Shown here: positions 8,197-18,093 of the stretch, piece after piece
Position numbering within the stretch: position 1 is the stretch's first letter
How the letters are laid out: each line of letters begins with the position of its first letter
From: Myxococcota bacterium
GTDB lineage: Bacteria > Myxococcota_A > UBA9160 > SZUA-336
Assembly (NCBI GenBank): GCA_035498015.1
Contig: DATKAO010000154.1
Span: forward strand, 870 to 64,869
Length of the DNA: 64,000 nucleotides
Reading direction: 5' to 3'
Program-made: the position numbers and the translations under genes
The notes under the pieces: model-generated
Database searches by the model: none
Told to the model about the DNA's origin: nothing
Seen by the model: the letters and a program-made list of their open reading frames with translations, nothing else

Positions 8197-9684
8197 CTAC
8201 GGACGGAGCTGCTGCAGGAGTCGCGCGGCGCGCTCCATCTCGCCCTCGTCATGGACGAGCGGCGCGAGGATCAGGCCGATCTCCTCGGCGAGTAGCTCGG
8301 CGTCGGTGGGTTCTTCGGGTGGCGGAGGTGGCTTGCTATCCGCGTCCCGCCGCGTCGCCTCGAGCGCGGTGAGTCGCTCCGCGCGGAGGATCTCGTGTAG
8401 ACGTGCGAGCGAGGGCCGGAGCGGCTGCGCGTCATCGCCCGGGCTCTCGATCAGTCCGAGTACGCTGAACACGAACCGCTCGTCGGGTCCGCCCGACCCG
8501 AGCCGCGCAACGCCCTGGTCGATCCACGTACGGATCGAATCGAGCGCGGGCGCGACACGCGAGCCAAGTGAGTCGAGCCCCTGGAGCGCGGCCTCCGTCG
8601 CATCGTCGTCGTCGCTCTGCAGGTCTCTGCCCATCGCGCGCACGAGCTCAGGGGCCGGGGCGCGCCACTCCTTCGCCGCGCGGTACGCCTGTGCGCGCAC
8701 CTTCCACGCCGGATCGCCCGCCAGCTCGACGAGCGGCGCCGTGTCGGACTCCGGGACACCGACCTGCCCCAGCGCGTGGGCCGCTGCAGCCCGCACGGTG
8801 TCGTCCGGGTCGTGGCACGGGCGGAGCGCTTGATCGCGCCAGGCCTGTGACCGCGTGCTGCCGCTGCGGCGAGCCAACCCACTCCCGATCCACAACACCC
8901 CGGAGACACGATCGGGCGGAGCGTCGCGCAGCTTCTCGAGCATGAGGTCACTCGCTGCCGGGCTCGGGCGCGCGATCTCCTCGAGCAGCCAACAGAGACC
9001 GTAGAAAGCTTCGCTTGGACCGGTGGGATCGATCTCGGCCGTGATCCGGGTTGCGGCATCGGAGTCATCGGCGAGGATCCGAGCGAGCGCGATGCCCAGG
9101 TGGAAGGGCTGACTATCCACTCCGAGCATGCGCACCCTCTCGAGCAGCCGAGGCACCGCCGGGACCGCAGCCGGACCCATCGATCCAAGCGCGGGAATCA
9201 CGGCGCAGGAGGACACCATCGGCTCGGGGTGATCGAGACAGGTCACGAGCTGGTCGAGGCACGCGGCTCCCGCCGGCCCGATGCCGCCGAGCCAGCGAGC
9301 GATGTTCCCGCCATAGAGCTCCGCGGGACCCCGGAGCTCGTCTCCCGATACTGGATATCTCGCCTCGGCCGCGTGACTCCAGCGCGCGTCGCCTTGCGCA
9401 CGCGCCCGGGCGCCCCAATTCGACATGCGTGCTTCGTACTGGCGGGACATGCGACCCGCCCAGAACGAGATCAGGGCGTGCAGGAACTCGTCCCGGCCCC
9501 GGCCCAGGAGCTCGAATCCCCGCGCCAGCCCTCCGGTCCAGCGCCCTCCGACCGATGGCTCCCGCATGGTGACCGCGAATAGGAGTGAATCTGCCGCGCG
9601 CCGGATGCGAAATACCGGAGCCAGCAGCTGGGGCAGCAGCCGGGCGACTTGCTCGGGGCTGGCCGATTGCTGCTGCGGACTCAT
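8197..9684 (-). CDS. HEAT-repeat domain protein (hypothetical)
   Basis: Repeated alpha-helical units ending in ...AAHALGQVGVPE / ...ALGSMGPAAVPAVPRLLE, typical of PBS-lyase HEAT-like repeats. No catalytic motif recognised. Confidence 0.45.
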   Translation of the reverse strand: MSPQQQSASPEQVARLLPQLLAPVFRIRRAADSLLFAVTMREPSVGGRWTGGLARGFELLGRGRDEFLHALISFWAGRMSRQYEARMSNWGARARAQGDARWSHAAEARYPVSGDELRGPAELYGGNIARWLGGIGPAGAACLDQLVTCLDHPEPMVSSCAVIPALGSMGPAAVPAVPRLLERVRMLGVDSQPFHLGIALARILADDSDAATRITAEIDPTGPSEAFYGLCWLLEEIARPSPAASDLMLEKLRDAPPDRVSGVLWIGSGLARRSGSTRSQAWRDQALRPCHDPDDTVRAAAAHALGQVGVPESDTAPLVELAGDPAWKVRAQAYRAAKEWRAPAPELVRAMGRDLQSDDDDATEAALQGLDSLGSRVAPALDSIRTWIDQGVARLGSGGPDERFVFSVLGLIESPGDDAQPLRPSLARLHEILRAERLTALEATRRDADSKPPPPPEEPTDAELLAEEIGLILAPLVHDEGEMERAARLLQQLRP

Positions 9685-9747
9685 GTGCGTCTCCGACTGT
9701 GAGCCCCTTCTCTACGGCCGTCGGCCCGGACTGAGTAAAGTACCGGC

Positions 9748-10305
9748 ATGTCCTCTCACTACAGCCGGGCTGCCCTCGCCGACGCCATGGACGCCGGCCA
9801 CCGGCCGGAGTTTCTGTTCTTCTGGGGCCACACGTCGAAGAGCGACGCGCCCGGCAAACACTGCCTGTCGCAGTGGTGGCCCGCCGCGTTCACGGTCGAC
9901 GCTGTCTCGTATCCGACGGCCGAGCACTTCATGATGGCGGAGAAGGCGCGCCTGTTCGCTGATCCGCCCGCGCTCGCGCTCATCCTCGGCGCCGGAACGC
10001 CGCGCGAAGCGAAGCAGCTCGGCCGCAGAGTACGCGGCTTCGACGGCGCGAGGTGGGAGGCCGCGCGCTTCGAGCTCGTGGTCCGGGGAAACGCCGCGAA
10101 GTTCGGACAGAACCCCCTGCTCCGGGAGTATCTCCTCGGCACCGGTGGCTCGGTGATCGTGGAAGCCAGCCCGCGAGACCGGATCTGGGGCATCGGCATG
10201 GGCGAGAGCAACCCGAATGCGCGCTCACCGCGCCAATGGCGCGGTCAGAACCTGCTCGGCTTCGCGCTCATGCGCGTGCGAGACGAGCTGCGGCGCGGCA
10301 GGTGA
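9748..10305 (+). CDS. NADAR (YbiA/DUF1768) family N-glycosidase / ADP-ribosyl hydrolase-like protein
   Basis: FLFFWGH...LSQWWPAAFTVDAVSYPTAEHFMMAEKARLF...RDRIWGIGMGE...WRGQNLLGFALMRVRDEL match the NADAR domain conserved blocks. Confidence 0.75.
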   Translation: MSSHYSRAALADAMDAGHRPEFLFFWGHTSKSDAPGKHCLSQWWPAAFTVDAVSYPTAEHFMMAEKARLFADPPALALILGAGTPREAKQLGRRVRGFDGARWEAARFELVVRGNAAKFGQNPLLREYLLGTGGSVIVEASPRDRIWGIGMGESNPNARSPRQWRGQNLLGFALMRVRDELRRGR

Positions 10306-10369
10306 CCCTAATACGCCAGGACTCTTTGCCAGAGTGACCCGCCCGCGGCTCGTGCAGCGGCTCAGGCGG

Positions 10370-12001
10370 CTAGCGTGACTCGCGGCCGGCGATACGCCGT
10401 GCGAGCGCGGTCACCTCGGCCCGCCAGCTCGGCGCGTCGGTGGCGAGGGTCGCGCGCGCGTCCGCCGGCCACTCTGCCGGTGACTCGAAGCCACGAGCGC
10501 TCGCTTCGTAGAGCTCCGGGCCCGCGTCGGACGGATCGCCGCCGGCGCGCGACCGGGCCTCGAGCCGCGCGCGCGCGACCGGTGCGGCGCAAGTCGTCTC
10601 GACCAGGAAGGCCCCCACGCCTTCGCTCGCCACCCAGCGCAGCAGCTCGGCGCGCAGCGAGGTCCGGGCGTAGGTCGCATCGAGGATCGCCGTCCGGCCC
10701 GAACGCACCACCGGCAGCGCGCGCTCGAGCAGCCCCGCGTAAGTGTTCGCCGTACGCTGTTCAGTGTAGAGCTCCATGTGTCCGCGCGCGGTGTCTCCGA
10801 GACGCGCTTGGCGTTTGCGCACGCGGTCCGAGGTGACGACCACGCCGCCGAGGTCGTCGGCCAACGCGCGCGCGACCGTGCTCTTGCCCGTGCCCACGAT
10901 CCCGGCCAGCGCCACGACCCGACCGGCTGCGGGCTCGGCCAGCGCCGCCTCGGCCAGCGTGAGGTGCCGCTCGGCGCTGGCCGAGGCTGCCTCGCGCTGC
11001 GCCTTGGAGACGGCCGCGTCGCGCGATGCCAGCGCGGCGACCTTCGCGCGCACGGCCGCGCGATAGGCGATGAAGAAGTCGACCACGCCGTACAGGTCGT
11101 AGTCGTCCATCGCTTCGGCGTAGCGGCGCAGGAAGCGCTCGCCCAGGTCGCGCCGCCCGCGGTAGGCGAGGTCCATGGCCAGGAATGCCACCTCCGATGC
11201 GGCGTCGATCTCGCGGTAGTCACTGCGGAACTCGAGACAGTCGATCGCGATCGGCGGGGCGCCTTGCCGCTCGAACCAGACGTGCTGCAGGTGCAGGTCG
11301 CCGTGCGCGTCGACGACGCGGCCGGCCTGGCGCCGCACCTCGAAGCGGCTGGAGTGGCGCGCGAGGAACTGCTCGGCGCGTCTCAGGGCCGCGCCCGCGC
11401 GCTCGGCGAGCGGGCCGACCTCGGCGATCTCGGAGAACGATTCGCGCACGGGCGCGCCGACCCTCTCGAGCCACTCCGCGGCAGGCCACGGCGCCGGTGC
11501 GCCCATCCCGTGCGCGCGATGGAACTCGAGGATCCGCTGCGCGATCGCATCGACCTCAGGCGCCTCGAGCTCGCCACGCTGGAGCAGCGAGAGCGCGTCC
11601 CGGCCCTCGCTGAGACGGACCATGACGACGCAGTGCTCGGCCCCAGCAGACGCGAGTGACTCTCGGGTCGCACCGACGCGTACGAAGCCCTCGCGGATCT
11701 CCACCGGGGCCACGCCCAGATAGATCTCGGGCGCGAGCCGCCGGTTGAGCCGCACCTCGCGCAGCGAGTCCTCATTGCGCGCCGCGCGGGTGGCGAAGTC
11801 GAGAAACGGGAAGCGCACCGCCTTGTGGAGCTTGTACGCGTGCCCCCGAGTGAGAAACACGTGCGAGAGGTGGGTCTGGATGTGCTGGATGCCATCCGCC
11901 GCGCCCGGATCGCCGGGATAAGCCTCGGGCCGCTCCAGCGCCGCCACCAGCCCCGGGTCCAGGCCCTCGATCGGAGGGGAGGCCGGCATCCGCCTGCTCA
12001 C
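10370..12001 (-). CDS. Bifunctional aminoglycoside-phosphotransferase-like kinase / P-loop ATPase
   Basis: N-terminal APH-like region (HGDLHLQHVWFE, the Brenner-type HGD motif) and C-terminal P-loop GIVGTGKSTVARALADDLGGVVVTSDRVRK. The domain architecture is commonly annotated this way. Confidence 0.55.
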   Translation of the reverse strand: MSRRMPASPPIEGLDPGLVAALERPEAYPGDPGAADGIQHIQTHLSHVFLTRGHAYKLHKAVRFPFLDFATRAARNEDSLREVRLNRRLAPEIYLGVAPVEIREGFVRVGATRESLASAGAEHCVVMVRLSEGRDALSLLQRGELEAPEVDAIAQRILEFHRAHGMGAPAPWPAAEWLERVGAPVRESFSEIAEVGPLAERAGAALRRAEQFLARHSSRFEVRRQAGRVVDAHGDLHLQHVWFERQGAPPIAIDCLEFRSDYREIDAASEVAFLAMDLAYRGRRDLGERFLRRYAEAMDDYDLYGVVDFFIAYRAAVRAKVAALASRDAAVSKAQREAASASAERHLTLAEAALAEPAAGRVVALAGIVGTGKSTVARALADDLGGVVVTSDRVRKRQARLGDTARGHMELYTEQRTANTYAGLLERALPVVRSGRTAILDATYARTSLRAELLRWVASEGVGAFLVETTCAAPVARARLEARSRAGGDPSDAGPELYEASARGFESPAEWPADARATLATDAPSWRAEVTALARRIAGRESR

Positions 12002-12029
12002 CTCCCGAACGCGGCGAGGATGCTCGAAC

Positions 12030-12506
12030 TCACTCCCGCCAGCGGAGACCCCCCTGCCCGGTCGCCAGTGCGCTGCCGGGCAGCATGCGGATGCGCCAGG
12101 GCTCGACGCGCAGGGCGGCGAAGGCGTCGACCGCGGGGCTCGTCCAGCCCGGGATGATCGCGGGGTCGTAGCCGACCGGCGCGGGCCCGTTCTTCAGCAA
12201 ATTCCAAACGCGCTCACGGGTCGGGAGGTCGAAGAAGAGCTCCGCGCGGCACTCGGCCTGGGCGGTGTCGTGAGTCGGAGTCCAGTAAGAGAGCGAGAGG
12301 TTCGGGCTCTTCGCCAGATGGGCGCGCTTCAGCGGCGTCGGCGCGGTCGCGATCCAGCCGACGAGTCGCGCGCCGTCCCACTGCCAGATCGGGTGCAGGA
12401 TGCGCGTGAAGGGCCGGCCGCGCGGGTCGACGCTGGCCGCGCTGCACCAGACGATGCGGTGGGCGAGCTCGACGAACTTCGGGGCGATGTCCTTGAGGTC
12501 GGTCAT
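12030..12506 (-). CDS. Pyridoxamine 5'-phosphate oxidase family (split-barrel flavin-binding) protein
   Basis: Starts at the internal ATG at 12506 (MTDLKDIAPKFVELAH...). Sequence features are consistent with the PNPOx-like / general stress protein 26 fold. Confidence 0.5.
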   Translation of the reverse strand: MTDLKDIAPKFVELAHRIVWCSAASVDPRGRPFTRILHPIWQWDGARLVGWIATAPTPLKRAHLAKSPNLSLSYWTPTHDTAQAECRAELFFDLPTRERVWNLLKNGPAPVGYDPAIIPGWTSPAVDAFAALRVEPWRIRMLPGSALATGQGGLRWRE

Positions 12507-12516
12507 GGCGCCGATT

Positions 12517-12990
12517 CTACCCTTCCCCGGCCAGGCGCGAGACGAGCACCAGCGCCGAGTTCTCGGGACCCCAGAGCGCCAATGACTCGAACAGCGGCTC
12601 GAAGCCCTGCGCGAGATAGAAGGCGCGCGTCTTCTCGTAGTCGGCATCGGGAGTGAGCGGGCCGCGCGTCTTCACGTGCAGCCAGTGGGCGCCGCGCTCC
12701 GATGCGAAGCCGCGTGCCCAGCGCACCAGCTCGCGCCCCACGCCGTGCCGGTGCCGGCGAGGCTCGACGCCCATCACGTGGATCTCGAACGACAGTGGGT
12801 TGTGCGCCTCCAGGGCGATGAAGCCGACGATCTCGCCGTCGGCCTCGGCCACCGCGGCGGGCAGGCGCCGCAGGCTTTCGACATAGGCTCGGTTCGATGC
12901 CTCGATGCCGAACCAGGCCGGTAGAGCGCGCAGCACGCGCTCGCAGCCAGGAACGTCGCGCCCTTCGAGGGCGCGAATCTGCGTACTCAT
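12517..12990 (-). CDS. GNAT family N-acetyltransferase
   Basis: Starts at the internal ATG at 12990 (MSTQIRALEG...). Motif A-like IVGFIALEAH...HVMGVEPRRHRHGVGRELVRWARGFA (R-x-x-G-x-G/A). Confidence 0.7.
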   Translation of the reverse strand: MSTQIRALEGRDVPGCERVLRALPAWFGIEASNRAYVESLRRLPAAVAEADGEIVGFIALEAHNPLSFEIHVMGVEPRRHRHGVGRELVRWARGFASERGAHWLHVKTRGPLTPDADYEKTRAFYLAQGFEPLFESLALWGPENSALVLVSRLAGEG

Positions 12991-13219
12991 GTGCTTTCCC
13001 TTCGTGTCTGGGAGGTGACTCAGATCGGCTCGATCGAGCGTGAGTCCGGTCCGCACATGACCTCGACAGGCTACACCCCGAGTCAGCTCTTTCCAACTGG
13101 ACAGGTGCCCAGTTCGACGGGTCGGGAGCCCTGCCCCAGCCCCCCTACCCGACCGACATCGCGGATCCGGCCGAGCCGGGCACGGGGGCGCTCGGGCTGC
13201 TGTGTGCGGGCGCCTGGGC

Positions 13220-14350
13220 CTACGTCGCGCGCGCGCGCAGGGCCTCGTACAGCGACTCACAGCGCGCCGCGTAGCGGTCGATCGCGAACTCGTTCAGCGC
13301 GCGCTGGCGCGCGGCCTCGCCGCGCGCGCGCCAGGGCGAGGGATCGCGCGCCACGGACGCAAAGGCGGCGGCGAGCTCGTCGACCCGCTCGCCGGCGTAC
13401 AGCGCCGTGTCGCCGAGCAAGTCCGGCAGCGCGCCGCGCCGCGAGGCGATCGCGGGAATGCCCAGGGACATGGCCTCGAGCGCAGCGCGGCACGAGCCGT
13501 CCGAGCCGGGCACGAGATAGACGAGCGCGTCCATCTGCGCGAGCACGTCGAGATAGTCGTCGCCGCGCAGGTATCCGGCGCGGGCCACGGCCGTGTCCAG
13601 GCCGAGCCGCTGCACCGGGACGTCGAGCACCTCGCGCGCGCGGGTGCCGCGGCCGACCACCACGAGCTTCAGGTCGGGGGCCTCGGCTCGCGCCCGCGCC
13701 AGGGCCGCCAGGATCAGGTCCACGCGCCGGTGCGGCTGCAGCCGGGCCACGAGGCCGATCACGCGCTGCTCGGGCTTGAGCCCGAGTGACTCGCGCAGGT
13801 CGGTTCGCCTCTGGCGTGGCGCGAACCGCGCCGTGTCGACCACGCCCGAGATCACTCCGACGCACGGACTCCCCAGCCGGCGGGCATCTTCTGCCAGCCT
13901 CCCGCTCAGGAGGGCCACGCCGTCGCATCCGGCGGGGCCGTACAGCCAGCGGTTCCAGGGCCGGCGCGGGATCGGCTCACCGTGGGCCCAGCCCGCGACG
14001 AGCTTCGTGCCTTCGCGGCGACCGCCCAGCGCGAAGCGCGTCAGCAGGTGCGCGCGCGCGTGCGTCGCGTGCACCACGTCGTAGCGCCGTCCGGCCAGCA
14101 GGGCCCGCAGCCGCCGCACCTCGTCCCCGTCGCGCCAGGGCCAGTAGCCCTGCCCCGCAGCCGGCTCGAACAGCGGAGTGACTCCGCGCTCGCGCGCCCG
14201 CTCGGACAGGCCACCTGCATGACCCGCTGGCGTGGCCGGAAACGCGACATCGACCTCGTGCCCGCGCGCGCGCAGTCCGGCCACCGCGTGCAGCATGGGC
14301 TCGGCGGGCCCGGTCCACTTCCAGTCACTCGTGAGCTGGAGGATCTTCAT
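13220..14350 (-). CDS. Glycosyltransferase family 1 (GT4-type, GT-B fold)
   Basis: MKILQLTSDWKWTGPAEPMLH...C-terminal EAMSLGIPAIASRRGALPDLLGD (the E-x7-E region). The ATG at 14350 overlaps the upstream stop (ATGA). Confidence 0.8.
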   Translation of the reverse strand: MKILQLTSDWKWTGPAEPMLHAVAGLRARGHEVDVAFPATPAGHAGGLSERARERGVTPLFEPAAGQGYWPWRDGDEVRRLRALLAGRRYDVVHATHARAHLLTRFALGGRREGTKLVAGWAHGEPIPRRPWNRWLYGPAGCDGVALLSGRLAEDARRLGSPCVGVISGVVDTARFAPRQRRTDLRESLGLKPEQRVIGLVARLQPHRRVDLILAALARARAEAPDLKLVVVGRGTRAREVLDVPVQRLGLDTAVARAGYLRGDDYLDVLAQMDALVYLVPGSDGSCRAALEAMSLGIPAIASRRGALPDLLGDTALYAGERVDELAAAFASVARDPSPWRARGEAARQRALNEFAIDRYAARCESLYEALRARAT

Positions 14351-15123
14351 CTCTTGGCCGCGCGCTCGAGCTCCCACAGCTTCGCGTACTTCATGAACAC
14401 GTAGTACGCGGTCGCGGCGCAGACGATGAACCCCGGCAGCCCGTTGCGGTAGCCCTGGCGCAGCACGTAGCCCTTGAAGAAGCGCCCCGGCGGCCGCAGC
14501 AAGAGGTCACTCACCCGGAAGCGCACGCCGGACTCTTGCATCGAGCGCGCCATGCGCGCCGAGAAGCGGTCGGTGGTCTGGATGTGCTCCGAGAGATTGC
14601 GGTAGTTCCAGTGCCACAGCCGCCCGCGCAGCTTCTCCACAGGGCCGTCGAGCTCCACGCGGTCGTGCGGATCCATGCCGGCCCAGTGACCGCGAGAGCG
14701 CCGGAACACGCGCAGCTGCCAGTCGGGATACCACTCGCCGTGGTCGTGCCACACGCCGAGATAGTGCGTGATGCGGTCGAGCTCGTAGCCGGCCGCCGGC
14801 TCCGGGCGCGAGATCGCCCCCAGCACCGCCTCGCGCAGCTCGGGCGAGAGCGCTTCGTCGGCATCGAGACACACGACCCAGTCGTGCGTCGCGCGCTCGA
14901 GCGCGAAGTTCTTCTGCTTCACGTAGCCCAGGAACGGCTGCTCGATCACGCGCTCGGTGAAGCGCCGGGCCACCTCGCGCGTTCCGTCGCTCGAGCCCGA
15001 GTCGACCACCACCAGCTCGTCGCAGAACGAGAGCGACTCGAGGCAGCGGCCGATCCGGTCCGCCTCGTTCATGCAGATCACGACCCCCGAGATCGGGGGC
15101 CGGCCGGCCGGCGAGTCACTCAC
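14347..15123 (-). CDS. Glycosyltransferase family 2
   Basis: ISGVVICMNEADRIGRCLESL...LVVVDSGSSDGTREVARRF...VVCLDADEAL (DxD). Confidence 0.8.
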   Translation of the reverse strand: MSDSPAGRPPISGVVICMNEADRIGRCLESLSFCDELVVVDSGSSDGTREVARRFTERVIEQPFLGYVKQKNFALERATHDWVVCLDADEALSPELREAVLGAISRPEPAAGYELDRITHYLGVWHDHGEWYPDWQLRVFRRSRGHWAGMDPHDRVELDGPVEKLRGRLWHWNYRNLSEHIQTTDRFSARMARSMQESGVRFRVSDLLLRPPGRFFKGYVLRQGYRNGLPGFIVCAATAYYVFMKYAKLWELERAAKR

Positions 15124-17266
15124 CGCGCACCCGCTCGACCGTGACCACCCCGCGGATCTTCGCGATCTGGCGCAGCACGCCGTCGAGATGCTTGCGGTTC
15201 TTGACCGAGAGCTCGAACACCTGGATCGCGCGCCCGTCGGGCTCGGTGTAGATCTGCGCGCTGTCGATGTTCACGCCCTCGGCGCTGATCTTGTTGGTCA
15301 CCGCGGCCAGCAAGCCCTGCCGGTCCTCGGACACCACGCGCACCTTCACGTTCACGGGCGGCGCGCCCGCCACGTCTTCCCACGTGACCGGCACGCGCCG
15401 GTCGGGGTCGAGGTGGAAGATCTTCGAGCAGTCACTCGCGTGCACGGTGACCCCGCGCCCGCGCGTGATGAAGCCCTCGACCGACTCGCCGGGCACCGGC
15501 GAGCAACACTTGGCGAAGCGCACGAGCACGTTGTCCATGCCCGACACGCGCACCTGACCGGGTCCGCCCCGGCCCACCGACAGCACGCGCCGCAAGAGCG
15601 ACGGCTTCGGCTCGGGCTCGTCCTCGCCCACGCCGGCGATCTTGCGCGCCACCGCGCGCGCGTCGTGCTTGCCGTAGGCCACGGCCTGCAGCAGGCCGTC
15701 GAGGTCGCGCACGCCCAGCTCCTTGGCCACGTTCTTCAGCTCGCCCGCCTTCGCCAGCTTCTCGAACGACAGACCGCGCTTGTGCAGCTCGCGGTGCAAG
15801 AGGTCCCGGCCCAGCGCGCGCGAGCGCTCGACCTGCTCCGACTTCAAGAAGTGCCGGATGCGGCTGCGCGCGCGGCCGGTCACCACGATGTCGAGCCACT
15901 CCTGGCGCGGCCGCTGGTGCGGCGAAGTCACGATCTCGACCGTGTCGCCGTTGGTGAGCTTGTGACGCAGCGGCACGAGCTGGCCGTTGATCTTCGCGCC
16001 CGCGCAGTGATTCCCGACCTCGCTGTGCACCGCGTAGGCGAAGTCGATCGGCGTCGCGCCCGCGGATAGCGCCTGCACGTCGCCCTTGGGCGTGAACACG
16101 TAGACCTCGTCCGAGAACAGGTCGACGCGCACGGTCTCGAGAAACTCGTTGGGGTCCTTGAGCTGCTGCTGCCACTCGAGCAGCTGGCGCAGCCAGGCGA
16201 ACTTCTGCTCGTCGCTGGGGCGCGTGGCGCCGTCGCCCTTGTACTTCCAGTGCGCGGCGATGCCGAGCTCGGCCACGCGGTGCATCTCCTGCGTGCGGAT
16301 CTGCACCTCCATGCGCTCGCCGAACGGCCCGATCACGGTGGTGTGGATCGACTGATAGCCGTTGGGCTTGGTCATCGCGATGTAGTCTTTGAAGCGGCCC
16401 TGGACCGGCTTCCACAGCCCGTGCACGATGCCGAGCGTCTCGTAACAGGTGGTGGTCGTGCCGTCGACGATCACGCGGAACGCGATCAGGTCGTAGATCT
16501 GGTCGATCGACACGTTCTGCTGCGACATCTTCTTGTAGAGGCTGTAGGCCTCCTTGAGCCGCCCGGTGACTTCGCAGTGCAGGCCGCGCGCGGAGAGCTC
16601 GGCCTGGAGCCGCGTGCGCACGTCGTCGATGTAGCGCTCGCGCTCCTTCTTGGTGCCGGCGATGCGCTCCTCGATCGAGCGGTAGACCTCGGGGTGCAGC
16701 ACGCGGAACGCGCGGTCCTCGAGCTCCTCCTTCATCCAGTAGATGCCGAGCCGGTGCGCGAGCGGCGCGTAGATGTCGAGCGTCTCGCGCGCGATCCGCT
16801 GCCGTGACTCCTCCTTCATGAAGTCGAGCGTGCGGATGTTGTGCAGCCGGTCGGCCAGCTTGATCAGGATGATGCGGATGTCCTTCGACATCGCGATCAG
16901 CATCTTGCGGAAGTTCTCGGCCTGGGCCTCTTCGCGGCTCTGGAACTCGATCTTCGACAGCTTCGTGAGTCCCGCGACCAGGTCGCCGACCTCGTCGCCG
17001 AACTGGTTGCGGATGTCGCGGTCGGTCGCCAGCGTGTCTTCGACCGTGTCGTGCAGCAGGCCCGCCGCCACCGTCACCGGGTCCATGCGCATGTTCGCCA
17101 GGATCTCGGCCACGGCCAGCGGGTGCGTCAGGTAGGGCTCGCCCGAGAGCCGCATCTGCCCCTGGTGCACCTTGGCCGAGTACACGTAGGCGCGCTCGAG
17201 CAGCGAGACGTCGGCGTCGGGGGCGTTGCCCTGGACCTGCTCGACGATCTCGTTGATGCGCGCCAT
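15116..17266 (-). CDS. relA: Bifunctional (p)ppGpp synthetase / guanosine-3',5'-bis(diphosphate) 3'-pyrophosphohydrolase (RelA/SpoT family)
   Basis: HD hydrolase domain HQGQMRLSGEPYLTHPLAVAEILANMRMD...LLHDTVED, synthetase domain, then TGS and ACT regions. 716 aa. Confidence 0.9.
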   Translation of the reverse strand: MARINEIVEQVQGNAPDADVSLLERAYVYSAKVHQGQMRLSGEPYLTHPLAVAEILANMRMDPVTVAAGLLHDTVEDTLATDRDIRNQFGDEVGDLVAGLTKLSKIEFQSREEAQAENFRKMLIAMSKDIRIILIKLADRLHNIRTLDFMKEESRQRIARETLDIYAPLAHRLGIYWMKEELEDRAFRVLHPEVYRSIEERIAGTKKERERYIDDVRTRLQAELSARGLHCEVTGRLKEAYSLYKKMSQQNVSIDQIYDLIAFRVIVDGTTTTCYETLGIVHGLWKPVQGRFKDYIAMTKPNGYQSIHTTVIGPFGERMEVQIRTQEMHRVAELGIAAHWKYKGDGATRPSDEQKFAWLRQLLEWQQQLKDPNEFLETVRVDLFSDEVYVFTPKGDVQALSAGATPIDFAYAVHSEVGNHCAGAKINGQLVPLRHKLTNGDTVEIVTSPHQRPRQEWLDIVVTGRARSRIRHFLKSEQVERSRALGRDLLHRELHKRGLSFEKLAKAGELKNVAKELGVRDLDGLLQAVAYGKHDARAVARKIAGVGEDEPEPKPSLLRRVLSVGRGGPGQVRVSGMDNVLVRFAKCCSPVPGESVEGFITRGRGVTVHASDCSKIFHLDPDRRVPVTWEDVAGAPPVNVKVRVVSEDRQGLLAAVTNKISAEGVNIDSAQIYTEPDGRAIQVFELSVKNRKHLDGVLRQIAKIRGVVTVERVRGE

Positions 17267-17839
17267 CTAGCCGCGCTCCTTGCGCGCCTCGCGGACGATC
17301 TCGAGGAACTCGTCGACCGCCGCGTCGATCGACTCGTTCACGATCCGGTGGTGACACTGATCTGCGTAGGCCAGCTCTTCGCGCGCGCGCTCGAGCCGCG
17401 CGCGCATGACGTCGTCGGTCTCGGTGCTGCGCCCGCGCAGCCGCTCCTCGAGGATCTCGAACGAGGGGGGCTCGATGAAGATGCGCACGGCCTCGGGCAG
17501 GCGCTTGCGCAGCTGCTGCGCGCCCTGGATCTCGACCTCGAGGATCAGATCGTAGCCCTCGGCCGTGGGCCGAGCGACCGCTGCGCGGCTGGTGCCGTAC
17601 AGGTTGCCCTGGTACTCGGCGTGCTCGAGAAACGCGTCGGCGGCGATCAGCTCCTGGAACTCGGCGCGGTCGACGAAGAAGTAGTCCACGCCGTCCTTCT
17701 CGCCGGCGCGCGGCCTGCGCGTGGTGTGCGAGATCGAGAAGGCCACGCCTCTGTCGTTGGCGATCACCTGGCGCACGATCGTGCTCTTGCCCACGCCCGA
17801 GGGGCCGGAGACCACGAACGGGATGCCGCGGCGACTCAC
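17267..17839 (-). CDS. gmk: Guanylate kinase
   Basis: P-loop [14 protein letters not shown]...[22 protein letters not shown]. Confidence 0.9.
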   Translation of the reverse strand: MSRRGIPFVVSGPSGVGKSTIVRQVIANDRGVAFSISHTTRRPRAGEKDGVDYFFVDRAEFQELIAADAFLEHAEYQGNLYGTSRAAVARPTAEGYDLILEVEIQGAQQLRKRLPEAVRIFIEPPSFEILEERLRGRSTETDDVMRARLERAREELAYADQCHHRIVNESIDAAVDEFLEIVREARKERG

Positions 17840-18093
17840 TGGGCCTCCTCGTCGTCGGCCGCCCCCGTGAGCCGCGCCGCGATCGTCTCCGGCTGCACGG
17901 CCGACAGCACCACGTGGTCGGAGTCGGTGATGATCACCGAGCGCGTCTTCCGGCCCTGGGTCGCGTCGACCAGCTTGCCACGCGGGCCGGCCTCTTCGCG
18001 CAGGCGCCGGATCGGCGCAGCCGACGAGCCCACGACCGCCACGACGCGGTCCGCGACGATCACGTTGCCATAGCCGATGTTCAACAGCTTCAC
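17836..18093 (-). CDS. remA: DUF370 / RemA-family regulator
   Basis: [35 protein letters not shown]... matches the RemA/YlzA family. Sits in the conserved yicC-remA-gmk arrangement. Confidence 0.8.
   Translation of the reverse strand: MKLLNIGYGNVIVADRVVAVVGSSAAPIRRLREEAGPRGKLVDATQGRKTRSVIITDSDHVVLSAVQPETIAARLTGAADDEEAQ

Noticed and set aside
10306-10369. Convergent spacer between NADAR and the APH-like kinase, examined for a bidirectional terminator
   Set aside because: No convincing GC-rich stem followed by a T-run on either strand.
12991-13219. 229-bp intergenic region between the GT1 stop and the GNAT start, examined for a tRNA or small RNA gene
   Set aside because: No tRNA-like T-arm (GTTCGAATC-type) or cloverleaf. 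It contains only short palindromes (CCGGATCCGG, AACTGG-N8-CCAGTT) and three copies of the GTGASTC-family motif. It is most likely promoter and terminator space.
15432-17357. 641-aa minus-strand ORF overlapping relA in another frame
   Set aside because: Shadow ORF with Arg/Gly/Pro-rich composition. The RelA/SpoT HD and synthetase motifs are in the 15116..17266 frame.
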